Source: Nemertoderma westbladi (Eukaryota; Animalia; Xenacoelomorpha). Taken from it: a stretch of DNA of 64,000 bases. Location: the NCBI GenBank assembly GCA_032718475.1, contig JAUCBJ010007119.1, positions 5,793-69,792 of the forward strand, written 5' to 3'. Every line of letters begins with the position of its first letter. Position 1 is the stretch's first letter. The notes under the pieces were generated by a model. That model saw only the letters and a list, made by a program, of their open reading frames with translations, had not been told where the DNA came from and made no database searches. Shown here one piece after another: positions 50,766 through 64,000 of the stretch. The translations under genes were made by a program, and so were the position numbers.

Positions 50766-51947
50766 TGTTCGCGCTTTCAGACCTTTAGCAGTTTAACTTG
50801 CCAAATTTAGATGTCTTCTAGATTATAAATCGACTTTAGCCTATGACGAGTATTTGATACACTACATTAGCCGAAGCCAGTCTATGCGCGACCATTCACC
50901 CGCTGGATATACCCGGGAGACTGGATTCGGAAGCTTTGACCTTATTGCGGTGTAGGCCTACTGTATTATTCGACTGATCGTTAATATATAATCTCTGACA
51001 AATATTATTCACTTTCGGGAAATATTAACAGTTCCTTTAGGACGTGGCGCTCTAAATATGTAAACAGAGTTATGACTTACACTAGACACAACGGGATGGC
51101 TATGGATTCACGTATAAAGCGCATTCTTTAGGAGATGCTTTGTTATCAGTCACAATCATGCACACTACCGCACAATGCTGCACACCGATCTGCCGACCTT
51201 CACTAATTTTAGTCACATATAAAGAGAACAACAACCGACACATGTAGTGCCTATGAAATAGCATTAGATTCACTCCAAAACCACTTTAATGTAAGTCGCA
51301 ATTGCTATATGTAACCGGTCTCTTACCTTCAGTATATCAAGAAGATTGGGGGTTTTATGATTATTTATCGATGTTAACCAAATATAATAATATTCCATCA
51401 ACTGATATAATTAATAACCGACAGTAAATAGCAGTAAAAATGCGGTGTTTATAGGTGACAATATGATCGGTGTTGAGTTGGTATGGTTTGTGGTTTGATA
51501 ACAGTTATACGTTTCTATGACCAAAGCCTACTAATGTTTGGCTAAAGCCTGAAACACAGAAATTCCAAAGCCGGTCTTCTGGCTGTGGACAAAATACACA
51601 TAATGACTGAATTGCATGAGTTTCTGTATACAATCTCCAACACAGAGTCAAAAAACGCTCTGATTGGTCGACCGAACAAAGAACGAACAAAGAACAAAGA
51701 AAAAGTTACACGTGTACATATCAGCTGTTAGATGTCGTCATGGTAACTACACTGTATCAAGAGGATTTTGGCTTATTGCGACATAAGATCGCTAGTTATG
51801 TCCGCTAAAGTACACATACAGAAGAAATGGCTTTTTATGTCCACTAAAACACCGGTACAGTAAGGAAACGGCTTTTTATGTCCGTTAAAACACCTACAGA
51901 GTACTTTGCGGGGAAAATAACTAGCTAGATCCGCAAAAGCCTTTACA
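50766..51947 (-). repeat. 5' LTR of copy 3
   Basis: Runs TGTTCGCG...TTTACA, followed by TSD AACTG. Confidence 0.95.
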
Positions 51948-52479
51948 AACTGGCTGCCTTACATACACATCCTTCCATCTATGTACCAGCATGTTGGCCA
52001 ATAAATGAGCAGTATTTAATGAGAATCAATTTATTATGACGTTTTAATTACTTTAGATCAATTAAAGACACAATTATTAAAGCAAATCACTTGAACTAAT
52101 TAAAAACTATAATAGAATGGGGTATTTGGATTACATCTGAATAATTTATAAGTATAATTATTGAAGTCTTATACTGTAAAACAATTAATTTCCTTTAACA
52201 GTTGAAACGGTTGAAATTGCTGTTTTTACCGTAATCAATTTAATTAACTAATTAACTGCTATTATCTCTGCTCCTCGAAGGCCACACGAAAATTCTACTT
52301 GGAAAATTTCTAAACTTTTGCCAAACAACATGTGTACCAAGTTTGGATAGATTTCATCGAAGATTGGCCGAGTTATTAATGTTTAAAATTGAACAAGAAC
52401 GACAGAACGACAGAACGACAGGTTGATTAATGGTACCACTACGCTAAGGCTCACTCACTTCGTGGCTCGCCCCACAAGG

Positions 52480-54560
52480 ATCATTGTTGTCACCAACGCT
52501 ATTTAATGTCTATTTAAAGGGAGCCTTAGATTCAGTTGAGAAAACAGGTCTTGGAGTATCTTTTCACAACATCTGGTCAGGTCTAGTTTGCTATGCGGAT
52601 GATATAGTTTTATTAGGAGCCCGCTTGACAGCGGGATACTTACTGTAAGAATCTCAGGGATACTTTCTGTAAAAATCTCAGGATACATTACACTGACTGA
52701 CATACTGACTGACTGATAATTATCTAGGTTAAGGCACTTCCTGCCTGGCGATTTTGATGAAATTTTGCAAGTACATTGCTTTGGTGGTTCATAATCGCGT
52801 TACAAAATTTCAGATCGATTCTATGTGTGGTATTCGATATATTTAGTTTTTTGACATTGTTTTGTCGCGAAATTAAAAGCAATGGTAAAATAACAGCTGG
52901 TGTTCATGATGAAATATGGCTTAATATGTTATACACAGTCATAGAAAAACGTGTTGGTTGCCAAGTTTTACTAGTAGGCTATAAGGAAAGGCAATGTTTA
53001 CTCACACATAAGCTGTTGGTTTCTAATGTATTACCCCATAAGCTGATTGCTCTCCCAGTGCTTCCTAAGGGTATATCTACAATAAGGTTACTCACTCTGC
53101 TATGTTAGGGGGTGGATCAGGAGAATGAATTTTAGTTACACAATTGTGTAACTAAAATTCATTCTCCTGATCCACAAGCAGTGTGTTGTGTCCTATTGCA
53201 GTCGATACTCACTGTGGATTGCAAAATGTTTTATAGTTGACCTACACTATAATACAGTAGTTGCATGTATTTAAGGAGCCCGCTCTGGCCTACCGCCTAA
53301 GGAGTACCTATATTACATATTCACATAGAATTCACTGGGAAGAGATATTCCGCTTGACGACGGGGTAATACCTATAGAAGGAAACTAAATTTGTTATTTG
53401 GCTCTATTCGTTGTTATTTATCTGGTTGTGCATCATGGGCATTTTTTATAAATATTCGGTAATCGCATCTTATATCTTGTAAACGTTCTTGATAATGAAA
53501 TTATTTGCTTCATATTATATTTTTGTTAGTGGTAGCTAAGTTGCATTTTTTATTATGTGGGGCGAGCCACAAAGTCAGCTAGCCTCACGCCTTGCAGTTT
53601 AGACAATTTTAGTTTACTTACTGCTGACTGACATAGTTCTTTGTAATAGTCTTGGCTAGGATTTTTCCCCCGGGCTCCTTCCAGCCTGCTTGCTGGCTTT
53701 CTAGTTGTGCAATAATAAAGAGGAGATCACTAGTATGCTAGCATTACTATCATATGAAATGGATAAATTGAATCTAAACATGGAACCCACAAAATCAAAA
53801 TGGATGAGCATTATACCCAAAAACACATACCGACCCCTATTCATCAACTCAGCAAATTGCCTATTCCCTGAATCCCAAACAATCAAATTCCTTGGCCACA
53901 CCTTATATGGAAATAATAACTGTATCACTAATTACTCAGTCATAATTCAAACTCTTGCGTCTATGTCACAAGCGTTTCACAAAAATGGCTGGACCATTCG
54001 ATGGTACACCATAAACACAGTGTTCAATCTTTGGTCCAGGATGGCCATACCAGCAATTCTGTACAAAATAAAATTCATAATAGGGAATCTAAATCAAGAT
54101 GAAATCCAATCTATGAATGCATATTATAGAAAGATACTCAGGGGACTTCTTTATGTTGGATCGTACGTCAATAATGCTACATTAAGGAAACTCTCAGGAT
54201 GTAGAGATCTATTACTTGAGGTATACCGTGACTAATTGCATGCTGCGTTTGGTAGTTAGTCCACATCTCAAACTTCAGTTGCTGCTACGTCTTGGTCTTA
54301 TCTGGAACTATCAATCAAAGCGGCGCTATCCTGGACTGGGAAGTACATATATGCGAGCGACTCGAGAATTCCCGATACCCTCACTATTTTCAATGTGTGT
54401 AAACCGGTACCACAAACGGACACTGAAATCTCACATAAACCACGGACATCCAACAGGAAAATATATTGTCAATGCGGACTTTATATATAACTGTTATAAC
54501 TCTGGCCAATGCGGATTTGCAGCAAAACATAACCGCATACTGCAGTATTTCTTAAAATAA
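52480..54560 (+). pseudogene. Interrupted non-LTR reverse transcriptase remnants
   Basis: CYADDIVLL near 52590. The ORF at 53705-54235 has LNLNMEPTKSKWM...IKFLG, typical of RT domains 6-7. The two pieces may not be the same element. Confidence 0.55.
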
Positions 54561-56315
54561 TTATCTTTTGCACAGATTTTTCCTCCATTTACAACAATTA
54601 ACCTATGAACCTTATGACATTTTTAATTTTGTATAGTTTGTTCGGTTTTTATTCAGTATTAATATATACTTTTTACTTCAATATAAATACCGGCTTGACC
54701 GGTGTACCTTGTGAAATGAAATGAAAAAATATTTAAATATATTTCTTAAACTCAGGCTAGGACGATCTTTATAATAATAATAACTAGGGATGCGATCAAT
54801 ATGTGAAGCCAGGTGGTTTATATAATAATTTAGTCAACACAGTACTCGTCTTCATTATATGCTTCGTTGCGCTCGTCGCTTGTCCTGTTTTGTCATAAAA
54901 TATTTTTCCTAAACGCAGACTGACGATCTTTATACAGTTATAACTATGCGAAGTTTCGAAACTGTGCGAGTAACTGTTGATACATCTATGTGGAGATGTG
55001 TGATATGTGGAGATGTGTGATACAACGCCAACGCATCGTATGCCGATGTACAGTAGTAATATGGGTATTGAAATAATATTAAATCAATGTACACTCTTAA
55101 AGCTGCAGCGAAAAAATGTAGATAATTTCCTAGGTTACATATAAAATAATAATATTATTTTTAAGAACATTAATTTTACTACTTTGCAAAAATTCAATTA
55201 AAAAATAACCAGACATATACATTGTGGAATAAACTATTTCAGAAGCCTACAACAGCCATGCCATGGATAGTATTTATGTTATTATACATGTATCTGTCAT
55301 TTACCTGAGATAGCAATACAACATTTATAGTAGAGTCAATAGGAATTGGACTACAGGAAGGATGTTGGGATGTTGGATTTAAAGAATGCTGTCTGGGCTG
55401 GAATAGCAATACTGGTTGCCTATTACTATTCCTCTCTGGTTAGTCTTAGCAACAACTCCCTGCCAGCTAGCTCCACACCAGCAGAGACTTGACCAATAAT
55501 GGGAAGGATTAAATTTGTACTCAATAATTGTGCCGTTTAATTACGTTTAGATCAACTAAAGACACATTTATTAAAGCAAATCACTAGAACTAATTAAAAA
55601 CTATAATAGAATGGCGTATGTGGATTACATCTGTATAATTTTTAAGTATAATTATTTAAATCTTATACTGTAAAACAATTAATTTCCTTTAAAAGGCAGG
55701 TTGAAAATGGTGTTTTTACAGTAATCATCTTAATTAACTAATTAACTGCTATTATCTTAGCTTCTCGAAGGCCACACGGAAATTCAACTTGGAAAATTTC
55801 TAAACTTTTGCCAAACAACATATGTACCAAGTTTGGATAGATTTCATCATAGATTGGCCGAGTTATTAACGTTTAAAATTGAACAAGAACGACAGAACGA
55901 CAGAACGACAGGTTGATTAATGGTACCACTACGCTAAGGCTCACTCACTTCGTGGCTCGCCCCACAGACACACCGATTGAGTTAGTGGTACCTGCATGCT
56001 AAGCTCGCTTACTTTCGCCGCTCGCCCCACATTACAAATCACAGTAATACGAGTTTTTCAGACATGCTCCCATGGGTACGACGTGGTCTGTCATGCTTAT
56101 AATGGCCATTGGTGAGACATCAGCTACTGGGTGTGGGTTCGCAGGGGATTGATAATCAAAACGGGTTTTTTGGAACTACCGCTAACATGAAAGGATGTAA
56201 GATTTATAGATATATAGATATATAGATTTATAGATATATATTATGTCGCAAATAAAATAACTTTCAGACACATAAAATATTTGCAGTTTACTTTATTCAA
56301 TAATAACATATATTA

Positions 56316-56424
56316 TTATATATATACTGTATATATACTGTATATATACTGTATATATACTGTATATATACTGTATATATATATATACGTGTATATATAT
56401 ATACGTGTATATATATATATATAT
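56316..56424. repeat. (TA)n / TATATATACTG microsatellite
   Basis: Visible simple repeat. Confidence 0.9.
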
Positions 56425-56429
56425 TACTT

Positions 56430-57500
56430 GTAGCCAACTTGTTAGTCGGAACCGGCGCATAATCGGGCGCCAGGCCGATCGCCCTCGCGGGAGAGCAGTC
56501 GGGGCGGGTCGACCCCACCAACTAACAATCGACAGGTCCGCTTTGAGGAACCTAAGAGAGGAAGCACCCCACCCACAGCGAGAAGGGGAAGTGGGAAATG
56601 TGTGAAGGATGTCTTTTTTATGGACATCGGGGAGTTCCCTTTCACCGAGGAAAGGTATTGCCAGTTCCATGGGGGAACCTCTCACAGAACGATTGAGTGC
56701 AGAAATTGGCAGAAGATGGACGCCAACACACACAAGGCGTATGCTAAGAAGCATCACCTGTGTTGGACTTGTGCTTGAACAGGACACTCCGGGCGGGAAT
56801 GCCCATACGATAGTAAGAATACGGAGGGGGATAGTGAGTACACCGAGCAACAGTCGCATAAACACGCGGATAATAGGACAGCGGGGGAGAGGGTGGCTGA
56901 TAAACAGGTGGCCTACCCTGTCTTTCCCATGAGATGGAGATTATGGAACCACCGAAGATTAAACCCTATGTGTACCTGAGGATCATCGCGTTGGTGGTAT
57001 GTGATAACCGTGGTCAGCAGCTAACCACTTTGGGGCTCTTAGACGGAGGTTCGGCGATAACGATGATGGACAGAGTGGTTGCAGACCGCCTTCAAGTCAA
57101 ACGAAGGAAGGCATTTATGCAACTCTGTACCATCGCCAATCCGGATAGAGATGTAGCGTACGACCTAATTCTATGTCGAACCCGAGCTCAACGTACCGGC
57201 AGACCGGCCCTCGGCCGAAGAAATTCAACAATATACATACGCCCGGGGACTGAACTTTAACATACCCGATGACCTGGACATACCCTATGTATCAGTACTT
57301 ATTGGTATATATTGCCCAGGATCTCACCGGCTACTGCAACCTACCATCGAAGGACCAGACCCCGAAAGGGACCCTCAGGTCATGCTAACCCCATATGGTT
57401 GGTGTATGACTGGACCCGTAAAAGACATCGACGAGCAGCCCGACAGACACAGCGTGGGGCTGGCCAGACCGGTTTTCACCGTGGCCGGGAAGGGGGACCC
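56430..57500 (+). pseudogene. Degenerate gag-knuckle/protease relic of a different BEL/Pao-like family
   Basis: YCQFHGGTSH..EC...LCWTC..GHSGRECP, then GLLDGGSAITMM and TPYGWCMTGP across frameshifts. Confidence 0.65.
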
Positions 57501-57789
57501 CGCCGAGTCTCTGATACCACTCATTTCATACCTGATTTATTGTTTGTTACCTGAGATATTCTGTTTCTATTCTGTATTACTATGGTGCTGTGGCTGTGTA
57601 GGGATCGGCCTGCACAGACACTACACTGGAGCGTTTAGTTATCAGTTTCCTTTCCACCGGACGGGCGGGTTACCTGATTTGGGCGGTCCAGTGGGGAACT
57701 CATCATAACATGTTATTTACGCCACTACACCAACCCATATACACGACAAATTCTAGAATACAGTAGTACTGTCTGGAATCCTTCCTTAA

Positions 57790-58010
57790 GGCCATGATAC
57801 ACCGCAGGAGCGGCGAGCCGCAGCGGCGGGCGGCCGCGACGAGCAGCCGATTTGAGCGGCGACTTTTAGTATGATCCACTATAGGAGCGGCGAGCGACAG
57901 CAGCCATTTGTGGTGTATCATCACCCATAGAAAATAATGTGTTCTATTTTTAAAAACTGGCCGCATGCCGCGGCCACTGCCGCTCGCCGCTCCTGTGGTG
58001 TATCATATCC
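57790..58010. mobile_element. MITE, 221 bp (PIF/Harbinger- or TTAA-type)
   Basis: TIRs GGCCATGATACACCGCAGGAGCGGCGAG and CTCGCCGCTCCTGTGGTGTATCATATCC, flanked by TTAA on both sides. Confidence 0.8.
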
Positions 58011-58579
58011 TTAAGCAACGATATGTCATCTAAACTCTTTAAAACCTTCAAAACTGCGGGTTTCTCCAAAAGATTCCACGATTCCAAAAGATTCCGTCTT
58101 CTTAGATGGCCCGACCAGTCTAGACTACTACTACAACACTAGGTCAACGAGCTCGTACATTGGAAAAGAGATCCTTCCAGGCTTCCTGATTCTCAGTAGT
58201 TGTCTTATTCAATATCCCTTTCAAGTTGGTCTATATAATTGATTTATCGATAATTGGTTTTGAGGTATATTCGTTCGAAAAAGTATCAATATAAGAATAA
58301 AAATGTGTAATTTCAATTAATACTGTGGTAACAAAAGATCAAATAGGGACGAATACAAGGGATGATAGTCTTCCAAAATTTTTGCAAAGAACTATTTCAA
58401 ATTACGATCGATGTATGTGCCAGAATTTTAGAATTTTGCCTCTAAATTCTTTTATAATCTTTTTTAAGAAACTGCCTTTAGTGAAATCGCACTCTCAGTT
58501 CATCATGGGTATTCTTAATATTTGCCACTAATTTTTATATTAATAGAAACAAAGCGTAGCAACGAGAGAAAGCCGCCCC

Positions 58580-59060
58580 AATATTAGATTATTACAACAA
58601 CATATCCATTGGGTAAGAAAGTGGAGGAGAGCCAGCCCGTCTCTTAATTTTTTACTTTATATTACGCGATCAATTTTCACTCATCTCGTCATGAACCCAA
58701 CATGTATGTAACCTTTTGTTAAATTTGTTGGCTATGCGTTTGCGGTTGTTTGGGCGGAGTGTGGTAGGCCTACACTTTTCACACTTAAATATTTTGGTTG
58801 TGAAATGTTACAGGGCATAGCTATCTGAGATATTTCATTTATATTTTATTATGAGAGGAAGAAGAACATACAACGTTATTTACTATGTAACAAAATAATT
58901 GTTTTCGGGTTTAACTTGGAAGCCTCCCCAAATAGTTGATATACAATTATATTTAAAATTATTTCCATGGTCATGGTCATTCACCCGTCTTTAGTTAGAA
59001 ATTTGTTTGCATGAAAGACAGTTTAGTTTAGTTTTTACTGATTTATTATCTCTTATCTGA
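58580..59060 (-). repeat. Inverted dispersed copy of about 11790-12235
   Basis: Reverse-complement match, for example GGGGAGGCTTCCAAGTTAAACCCGAAAACAATT. Confidence 0.7.
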
Positions 59061-59149
59061 CTGGGGTAATAATAAAGGATAGGATAAATGGAAGCAAAGT
59101 GTGACAGTAACAAATATTTCCCCGTCACCCTAGCATGTCTTAAGTATAT

Positions 59150-62100
59150 GATATATCAAAGGGGGAAGTTTGGATTCACTGCATAAATGCAGTTCACCAA
59201 ACTTCCCCCGAATGCACACTGTAACTTCCCCCTTCCCCCAAATATCCACTGTTGAATTAATTTGAAGCGATATAATAAGTACAAAATTGTGCGAGTTTTT
59301 AATTGTGTGGTCCAATTGTTATTTGATTTCTATTTATTATTTAAAGTGCATTTAATATCACACTGGTTTTTAGAATATTATACTATACAACCTTATGTTT
59401 TATTAATTTACCCAATCGAAGCCTCATAAGGGCCGGTTATTTGTACGCATATCCCCTAATGCGCTCAGTAAGGTTCAAACAACATATTAATATGAAAATA
59501 AAGTATCTGCAAAGAAAATAACCCAATACTATATAATTTGACCTTATTAAAAAATTTGCACTTTTGCACACTTATTTGTACAAATGCACTTTAGCAGATC
59601 GTAATGGTGGCTCTTATTTAACAAACTTATGTTTATCCTCTACCGATCTACGATGGTGTATGATCAAGTGTCAGTCGCTAAAAGTGTCAAAAATCCAATT
59701 TAATAAATCTGGATTTGCGATTTTGGACCATATTCATGGACATTTTAAGTCACTTTATAGACATAAAAAGTTAAACAAATGTTACGATTATAGTTAGAAA
59801 TCATTCCAAACTACATTTTAATCCAAAAAATAACATTCTACGATGAATAGAACTGGAAATAATAGTGTTTGAAATATCGAAAAAATGTTCACTATTTAAG
59901 TGCATTTTGCACTAAGTGCACATAAGTCTTTTCCCAAGTTTTATCCTATTTCACACACTACAATCTATCCTCTATCCAATGAAAAAAGTTTCAGATTAAA
60001 CGGCCCTGTAGAACCGAAGTTATTTATGTTTAAAAATAGTCACTCGAAAATTTCAAATTCTCTTGGTCACATAGTCTAGTGGTTATCAATCACGTTAATG
60101 AAACCTAAGTTCGCGGGTTCGAAATCCAATATTGACCTGACCATTCTTAATTTTTTTGCAAAAAAAATTATTTTTATTTTTTCACTAAAATCGCTCTAAC
60201 TTCGGTTCTGGTGGTCCAAATTCAATAAAATTGGTATATTCTTTGCCGTAATTTTTTTCTTAATCTTTTGAGAAGGGGTTATTTTTGGCCCCAAAAAAAT
60301 TAAAAAAAAGGGCCAAAATAACGCGATATTTTTCGACCCTTAAAATTCGTAATTTTAATTATATATGTTAAGATAAAAGATAGCGGAGTTAATTTGATAC
60401 TTTTTACAGGTACTTTTGGCGCAATACGCTAAATTATAATGGAATAGCGATTTGTTAAAAAAAAAAATTTTCGTCCCTTTTTATAAATATTATATTTCAC
60501 ACGATCGCCTGCCGCTCCAGTTTTATAATACCTCCGGCGCTGTGATTAACGCTGTTAGATAGATAATTTAACGCACTATAAGTCTGTGTAAACAAATCTC
60601 CCGTAAGTTAAGTAGTTTTCGAGCTAGACGATTTCCCGCGAAGCAAGTTTGAAGCGCGAAATTATAATTTTGGCCCTCATTTTTTTAATATCATCCTTGG
60701 AGCAAAACCGATAGCATATTTGAATTCCCCGTATGGATATTGACTGTATAGAATGTACCTTAACCAACTAAAGTTAAAAATAAAAAATTATTCGATAAAA
60801 ACTACTTTACAAATTCTGGCCCTTTTTGGCCCCTATTGCCGACATATTTTTTGTACCCCCATTCGATAGGAACGTAGCCCCAATGGTCTTCTACGAGTTT
60901 CATAAAAGAATTAGTGGATTCCTACCCGCGTTGTCGAATTAAACATTTCGGAAATAAGTTTTCCAAAAAAGACGGACAAAAACGTACAAATTTACAGCCC
61001 CTTTTTCCACCCGAAATTTTAATAAATATCTTACCCCCATTCGATACGAAGGTAGTACCACTCTTCCCCTTTCCAACCGCGTTACTTTCGTCCCCGTACG
61101 ATTAATATTAGCCGAGTTATAGCGGATCCCGCAAAGTCATTTTGTCCGTTTTTTCAACTTTGACGGACATTTTCGGAAAAAAGGCGTGGTAATCTTTTTT
61201 GAAAAAAAAAACGAATTCACTAATTAATCCCTTCTATCGTATCCCGGCGTCGGCTAAGCAATAACCTAGGGTTTTTTCGAGCCACTGTAGAGCGCCTTTC
61301 AAAAAAATTTTAAAATTGTCGAAAAAATGACGGTTTTTTGTCCGCCGTGTCCGTCGAAGGGTTAGATTTAATAATGTTAGAGTTGCTAATATCTTAGAAT
61401 TCCGAGCCGCTCCCCTGGTGAGAAAATAAAAAAATTTGGTCAGTTCCTTCATCGAAAAGTCCCCCAGAATCCCAAGTTAACCTATATAGTTAGCGATGGC
61501 CTGCGGCTTTAGGAGCGGCCGCGGTATTCACCTCCCTCATAGCGGCCGCGGCGGTGTTGCGTCAAATGGAGAAATATTTATCCCACCAAGGTGGACCCAA
61601 AATGAAGTTATACTTAAAGAAAGACCACGAGGTAAAGGGAAAAGTGTGGAGGGGGGGGGGGGGGGGGGGGGGGGTATGCGTCGAATGACACGAGGGGAGA
61701 CGAACTGGACTCGTTAATTTTATATTACTCGAAATTGTATGTAATATATTTTCGCTCCCAGTCTACACTCGTTCTATATACCGGTAACCCATTAATATTA
61801 ATATATACTACTCAGTCGTTTGTACATAATACGAAGCCTGTAAGTTATAGTCACCGAAACATTTCAGCTCGGAAATTATAATATATGAATCAAGGATGTC
61901 TCTCTTATGATCTACATAGAATAGATATGGTTATTGATACTGTTACATTGTGATAATGGATTCTAGGTTTCTTTCACTGGTAAATCCGTATAAAAGTTGA
62001 AGTAATAAAATTTAATTACAGAACCATAGTTCGAAGATCAGCATTTTTCATACCAGTCATTGCTTAGAAATTTTACAGGATAATATTGTTAATCTGACTT

Positions 62101-64000
62101 AAGTTGTTTAGGTTGAACAAAGTCTACATAGTAAACAACAGGTCCTCCAAAGAGTGTGTCTTTGGTATATTATATCATGAAGGGGGAAGTTAGATTCACT
62201 GCATAAATGCAGTTTATCTAACTTCCCCCAAATATCTACTGTTGAATAAAATTGAAGCCATATATTAAGTCCGAAGAGGTGCGAGTTTTTTAATAAATTG
62301 TGTGGTCCATTTGTTATCTGATCTCTATTTATTGTTTAAAGTTCATTTAAGATCACACTGGTTTTTAGAATATTACAACCTTATTTATTATTAATTTATA
62401 CAATTGAACCCTTATAAGGACCGGTTATTTGTACACATACTCCTAATGCGCTCAGTAAGGTCCATACAACATATTAATATGAAAATAAATTATCTGCAAC
62501 GAAAAGAACCCAATAATACACCATTTGACCTTATTAAAAAAAATTGCACATTTGCACACATATTTGCACAAGTGCACTTTAGCGGATCCTAAAGGTGGTT
62601 CCTATTTAACACACTTATGTCTATTCTCTACCGATCTACGATGGTGCATGATCAAGTGTCAGTCGCTAAAAGTGTCAAAAATCCAATTTAATAAATCGCG
62701 ACATTTGCGATTTTGGACCATATTCATGGACATTTTAAGTCACTTTATAGACATAAAAAGATAAACAAATGTTAAGATTATAGTTAGAAATCACTCCAAA
62801 CTACATTTTAACCCAAGTAATAACATTCTACGATGAATAGAACTGGAAATAATAGTGTTTGAAATATCGAAAAAATGTCCACTATTTAAGTGCATTTTGC
62901 ACTAAGTGCACATGCGTCTTTTCCCAAGTTGTATCCTATTTCACACACTACAATCTATCCTCTATCCAATGAAAAAAGATTCAGATCAAACGGCCCAATA
63001 GAACCGAAGTTATTGATGTTTAAAAATAGTCACTCGAAAATTTCAAATTATATTGGTCACGTAGTCTAGTGGTTATCAATCATGTTAATGAAACCTAAGT
63101 TCGTGGGTACGAAATCCAATATTGACCATTCTTATTTTTTTGTAAAAAAATTTTTTTTATTTTTTTACTAAAATCGCTCTAACTTCGGTTCTGATGGTCC
63201 AAATTCAATAAAATTTGTATATTCTTTGCCGTAATTTTTTTTTCTATCTTTTGAGAGGGGGTCATTTTTGGCCCCAAAAAAAAATGAAAAAAAGGGCCAA
63301 AATTACGCGATATTTTTCGACCCTTAAAATTCGTAATTTTAATTATAAATGTTAAGAAAAAAGATAGCGGAGTTAATTTGCTACATTTTACAGGTAGTTT
63401 TGGCGCAAAGAGCTAAATTATAATAGAACAGCAGATTATTAAGAAAAAAACGTTTTTCGTCCCTTTTTTATAAATATTATATTTCACACGATCGTCTGCC
63501 GCTCCAGTTGTATAATAGCTTCGGCGCTGTAATTAACGCTGTTAGATAGATAATTTAACGCACTATAAGTCTGTGTAAACAAATCTCCCGTAAATTAAGT
63601 AGTTTTCGAGCTAGACGATTTCCCGCGAAGCGAGTTTGAAGCGCGAAATTTTATTTTTGGCCCTTATTTTTTTAATAGCGTCCGCGGAGCAAAACCGATA
63701 GCATATTTGAATTCCCCGTATCGATATTGACTGAATAGAATCTACGTTAACCAACTAAAGTAAAAAATAAAAAATTATTCGATAAAAACTATTTTTCATA
63801 TTCTGGCCCTTTTTGGCCCCTATTGTCGACATATTTTTTGTACCCCCACTCGATAGGAACGTAGCCCCAATGGTCTTCTACGAGTTTCAAAAAAGAATTA
63901 GTGGATTCCTACCCGCGTTGTCAAATTAAATATTTCGGAAATAAAATTTCGAAAAAAGACGGACAAAAACGTAGAAATTTACGGCCCCTTTTTTCCACCC
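59150..64000 (+). repeat. Two direct copies (about 59150-61010 and 62170-64000+) of a non-coding DNA-transposon-like repeat, offset about 3 kb
   Basis: Colinear sequence from GGGGAAGTT..GATTCACTGCATAAATGCAG to CCCCTTTTTCCACCC. Each copy contains a decayed tRNA-like segment (about 60063 and 63053). Confidence 0.75.

Larger units (their letters stand above)
37898..51947 (-). mobile_element. BEL/Pao LTR retrotransposon copy 3, deletion derivative (RT and most of IN lost)
   Basis: LTRs at 37898-39038 and 50766-51947, TSD AACTG (37893-37897, 51948-51952). Pol jumps from SSDNDDI to DQWRYCP and from HYSRTK to KPGIVF. Confidence 0.96.

Overview
AT-rich, repeat-dense animal (probably invertebrate) nuclear DNA. 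Three related BEL/Pao LTR retrotransposons dominate the window, all on the minus strand: a partial copy (1-9582), an 18.7-kb copy (18031-36765, TSD GGGTA) and an internally deleted 14-kb copy (37898-51947, TSD AACTG). One host gene, a two-exon Olig-type bHLH factor (13076-14255, minus), lies among LINE, MITE and Helentron-like debris. Main discovery: the pol regions of two of the retrotransposons each carry a 1.2-1.3 kb ORF-less group I self-splicing intron with an ID-like core (25977-27159 and 43058-44355). The two introns sit at different pol sites, their internal guide sequences match their own 5' exons with the canonical U-G pair, and removing them restores the pol reading frame. The family also lacks a tRNA primer-binding site: an 11-nt sequence abutting the 5' LTR is complementary to a motif conserved inside every LTR, which resembles Tf1 self-priming. 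Its 3' accessory ORF is not env and has swapped Cys/His-rich middles. In one copy that ORF is broken by a fold-back insert carrying a tRNA-like head and hammerhead ribozymes. All calls come from reading the sequence by eye; no searches or folding programs were run.
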